Positions 33,570 through 35,405 of a DNA stretch of 35,405 bases are shown piece after piece. Location: contig CAWKZT010000002.1 of the NCBI GenBank assembly GCA_963854565.1, positions 1-35,405 of the forward strand, in the 5' to 3' direction. This DNA comes from Acidimicrobiia bacterium. Lineage in GTDB: Bacteria > Actinomycetota > Acidimicrobiia > Acidimicrobiales > JAHEJN01. The position numbers and the translations under genes are program-made. The notes beneath the pieces are model-generated. The model ran no database searches and was not told the DNA's origin. It saw only the letters and a program-made list of their open reading frames with translations. Each line of letters starts with the position of its first letter. The first letter of the stretch is position 1.

Positions 33570-34064
33570 ATGACAATCGCGATTGACACCTCTGCACCGC
33601 TCTCTCCGCCCGACGGGTCGACGTGGCTGGCGCTGACCAGCGAATCGCTTCCTGTGCAGTCGGTATCAGATTGGGTGATCTTGCCCAGCTGCGGCGCGGT
33701 GGTTGTCTTCTCCGGAACAGCTCGCGACAACAGCACAGGGCGCCCCGAGGTTTCGCGGCTTGAATACGAGGCATATGACCTCGAAGTCGTGCCGCGCCTC
33801 GAAGCCATCGAACAAGAGATGCGAACACAATGGTCCGCGGTTGGCCGTATTGCCATGTTGCATCGCATTGGCGTGGTTCCAGTAGGAGAATCGTCGGTCC
33901 TTGTTGCCGTGTCATCGCCACACCGTGTTGAGGCATTTGAGGCGGCCCGATATGGGATAGATACGCTAAAGGCGACTCTTCCCGTGTGGAAACGTGAAAC
34001 GTGGCGCGATGGCGAAAGCTGGGCGCTCGAGTCCCAACCAATTACCGACGTAGAGGACCTCTAA
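33570..34064 (+). CDS. moaE: Molybdopterin synthase catalytic subunit MoaE
   Basis: From ATG 33570: GAVVVFSGTARD......V..LEYEAY......L..I.......W.......+.HR.G..PVGE.SV.VAVSSPHR..AFEA.RY.ID.LK...P+WK+E, the typical MoaE pattern. No moaD is adjacent. Confidence 0.85.
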   Translation: MTIAIDTSAPLSPPDGSTWLALTSESLPVQSVSDWVILPSCGAVVVFSGTARDNSTGRPEVSRLEYEAYDLEVVPRLEAIEQEMRTQWSAVGRIAMLHRIGVVPVGESSVLVAVSSPHRVEAFEAARYGIDTLKATLPVWKRETWRDGESWALESQPITDVEDL

Positions 34065-34234
34065 TGGGCAGCCTTATCTTTCTAGCGATCGCCCTCGGCG
34101 TATCTGCCGTGGGTGTTGGCATCTTGTGGCTGTTTTCATTGGATCGACGCAAATTCGATGCGAGTATTAACGAGTTCCAACGCGACATGAACGCCCTCAA
34201 CGGAAAGAACAACCCCCGTCGTCCCCGACGGTAG
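34064..34234 (+). CDS. Small membrane protein (56 aa, one TM plus a basic tail)
   Basis: The ATG overlaps the moaE stop (TAATG). The translation is MGSLIFLAIALGVSAVGVGILWLFSLDRRKFDASINEFQRDMNALNGKNNPRRPRR. It ends 12 nt before mreB. Confidence 0.45.
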   Translation: MGSLIFLAIALGVSAVGVGILWLFSLDRRKFDASINEFQRDMNALNGKNNPRRPRR

Positions 34235-34246
34235 AGCGGATTACCT

Positions 34247-35251
34247 ATGGCTCGCGATCTAGCAATCGACCTCGGAACAGCCAATACGTTGGTCTACGCA
34301 CGCGGTCGCGGCATCGTGCTTAACGAACCTTCAGTAATCGCCCTCAACGACCGCACCGGCGATGTCTTGGCTATGGGCCAAGAAGCATGGCAAATGATAG
34401 GGCGGACCCCCAGTTACATCGTGGCGGTACGGCCGCTCCGCAGCGGAGCTATCACCGACTTCGATGTGACTCAGCGCATGATCCGACTCCTGCTACAGCG
34501 GGTTGGCGTCAATAGATTTAACCGACCACGGGTCGTTATCTGTGTGCCTTCGGCTATTACGGCAGTCGAACGACGCGCCGTCACCGAAGCGGCAAAACGG
34601 GCCGGAGCCGCCGACGCACAGTTGATCGAGCAACCCTTGGCAGGAGCCATCGGTGCTGGCCTTCCAATCAACGAACCGGTTGGCAACATGGTCATCGATG
34701 TTGGTGGCGGCACTACCGAAACCGCACTCATCTCGATGGGCGGTGTCGTAGCGATCGAGGCGATCCGGGTTGGCTCATTCGACATCGATCACGCCATCCA
34801 GAACTGGGTGCGCCGAGAATATGGCATGGCCATTGGCGAACGCACAGCCGAAGAAATCAAAATCACGATCGGTTCAGCCGCACCTACCCCCGATGAGTTC
34901 CGAGTCGAAGTTCGCGGTCGCCAACTCATGAGCGGCCTACCCGAGACAATTGTGCTCAGCCCCGGCGAGGTTCGCGAAGCAATCGAAGAACCGGTATCTG
35001 CGATGGTTGACTCGGTGTTGGCCTGCATGGCGCAGTCTCCACCTGAACTCGCCCAAGACTTGCTGACCCAAGGCGTACATCTGTGTGGTGGCGGTGGACT
35101 GCTCCGTGGTCTGGCCCAACGCATCACCGCCGAGTCCGATGTCAAAGTCAACCTTGTCGATGCACCACTCGAAGCCGTAGTGCTCGGAGCAGGTCGGTGT
35201 ATCGAGAGCTATGAGGCAGTGAAAACGATGTTCATGGATTCCGCTCGCTGA
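34247..35251 (+). CDS. mreB: Rod shape-determining actin homologue MreB
   Basis: 334-aa ORF with DLAIDLGTANTLVY, VAVRPL..G.I.D, VICVPS..T.VERRAV.EA...AGA, IDVGGGTTE and LCGGGGLLRGL. Confidence 0.95.
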   Translation: MARDLAIDLGTANTLVYARGRGIVLNEPSVIALNDRTGDVLAMGQEAWQMIGRTPSYIVAVRPLRSGAITDFDVTQRMIRLLLQRVGVNRFNRPRVVICVPSAITAVERRAVTEAAKRAGAADAQLIEQPLAGAIGAGLPINEPVGNMVIDVGGGTTETALISMGGVVAIEAIRVGSFDIDHAIQNWVRREYGMAIGERTAEEIKITIGSAAPTPDEFRVEVRGRQLMSGLPETIVLSPGEVREAIEEPVSAMVDSVLACMAQSPPELAQDLLTQGVHLCGGGGLLRGLAQRITAESDVKVNLVDAPLEAVVLGAGRCIESYEAVKTMFMDSAR

Positions 35252-35252
35252 A

Positions 35253-35320
35253 CCGCTTCGGTTCTTCGGTTCTTCGGTTCTTCGGTTCTTCGGTTGAGCG
35301 GTTGAGCGGTTAGGGTTTGG
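35253..35320. repeat. Octanucleotide tandem repeat in the mreB-bcp intergenic region
   Basis: The sequence reads ccgcttcg then (GTTCTTCG)x4 at 35261-35292, (GTTGAGCG)x2 at 35293-35308, then GTTAGG GTTTG GTTT. GGTT recurs nine times, seven of them at an exact 8-nt pitch. Confidence 0.9.
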
Positions 35321-35323
35321 TTT

Positions 35324-35405
35324 ATGCATGTTGGTGACGTTGTCGAGGACTTCTCGGCCTTAGACCAAAGCGGGGCCACGGTTCGATTGACCGACCTGCT
35401 CGAAT
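35324..35405 (+). CDS. Peroxiredoxin (Bcp/thiol peroxidase-like), N-terminal 27 codons; continues beyond the window
   Basis: MHVGDVVEDFSALDQSGATVRLTDLLE matches the usual Bcp N-terminus (GD.APDF.L.DQ.G..V.LSDL). Confidence 0.5.
   Translation, partial: MHVGDVVEDFSALDQSGATVRLTDLLE

Noticed and set aside
35253-35320. Possibility that the repeat tract is a CRISPR array or a mobile-element terminus.
   Set aside because: The units are 8 nt with no spacers. No cas, transposase or integrase genes are nearby, and there is no inverted-repeat partner.
1-35405. Whether the window, or the block between the ATPase and the VWA genes, is a genomic island, prophage or defence island.
   Set aside because: There is no integrase, transposase, tRNA target, flanking direct repeats, phage structural gene or recognisable defence gene. 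The content is housekeeping or stress metabolism with only mild GC variation.

Overview
This is a 35.4-kb, gene-dense chromosomal segment from a moderately high-GC actinobacterium. The assignment rests on two WhiB-family genes and a SufR-type suf locus. The presence of mreB and a heliorhodopsin suggests a rod-shaped aquatic lineage such as Acidimicrobiia, but that is inference only. I can support about 40 protein-coding genes, many joined by 1-8 nt start/stop overlaps (TAATG, ATGA, GTGA). I saw no rRNA, tRNA, CRISPR array, transposase or integrase. Left to right the window holds: an EAL-domain gene end; a ChlI-like AAA+ ATPase; a GH1-like protein lacking both catalytic Glu; an SRPBCC-SRPBCC-SDR/DUF2867 operon; a heliorhodopsin tail-to-tail with a photolyase-DUF427 operon; sufR divergent from fdx-sufA-sufB-sufC-sufD-sufT followed by a decayed mrp/apbC remnant; GYD and thioredoxin-like genes; an OpuC-type osmoprotectant ABC operon; a 34-aa basic protein; an acyl-CoA synthetase; a PPK2-YjbR-VWA operon; whiB-tatA, then whiB divergent from htrA; an MFS transporter; a DUF2342 metalloprotease; an SDR epimerase; moaE, a mini membrane protein and mreB; and the start of a Bcp-like peroxiredoxin. 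The most interesting content is the heliorhodopsin and its light/oxidative-stress neighbourhood, including a possible translationally coupled mini-TM ORF. Also notable are a helically phased CGCG/A-T array upstream of whiB, an octanucleotide tandem repeat after mreB, and several decayed or catalytically dead genes. All homology statements come from reading the translations by eye. No database search was run.
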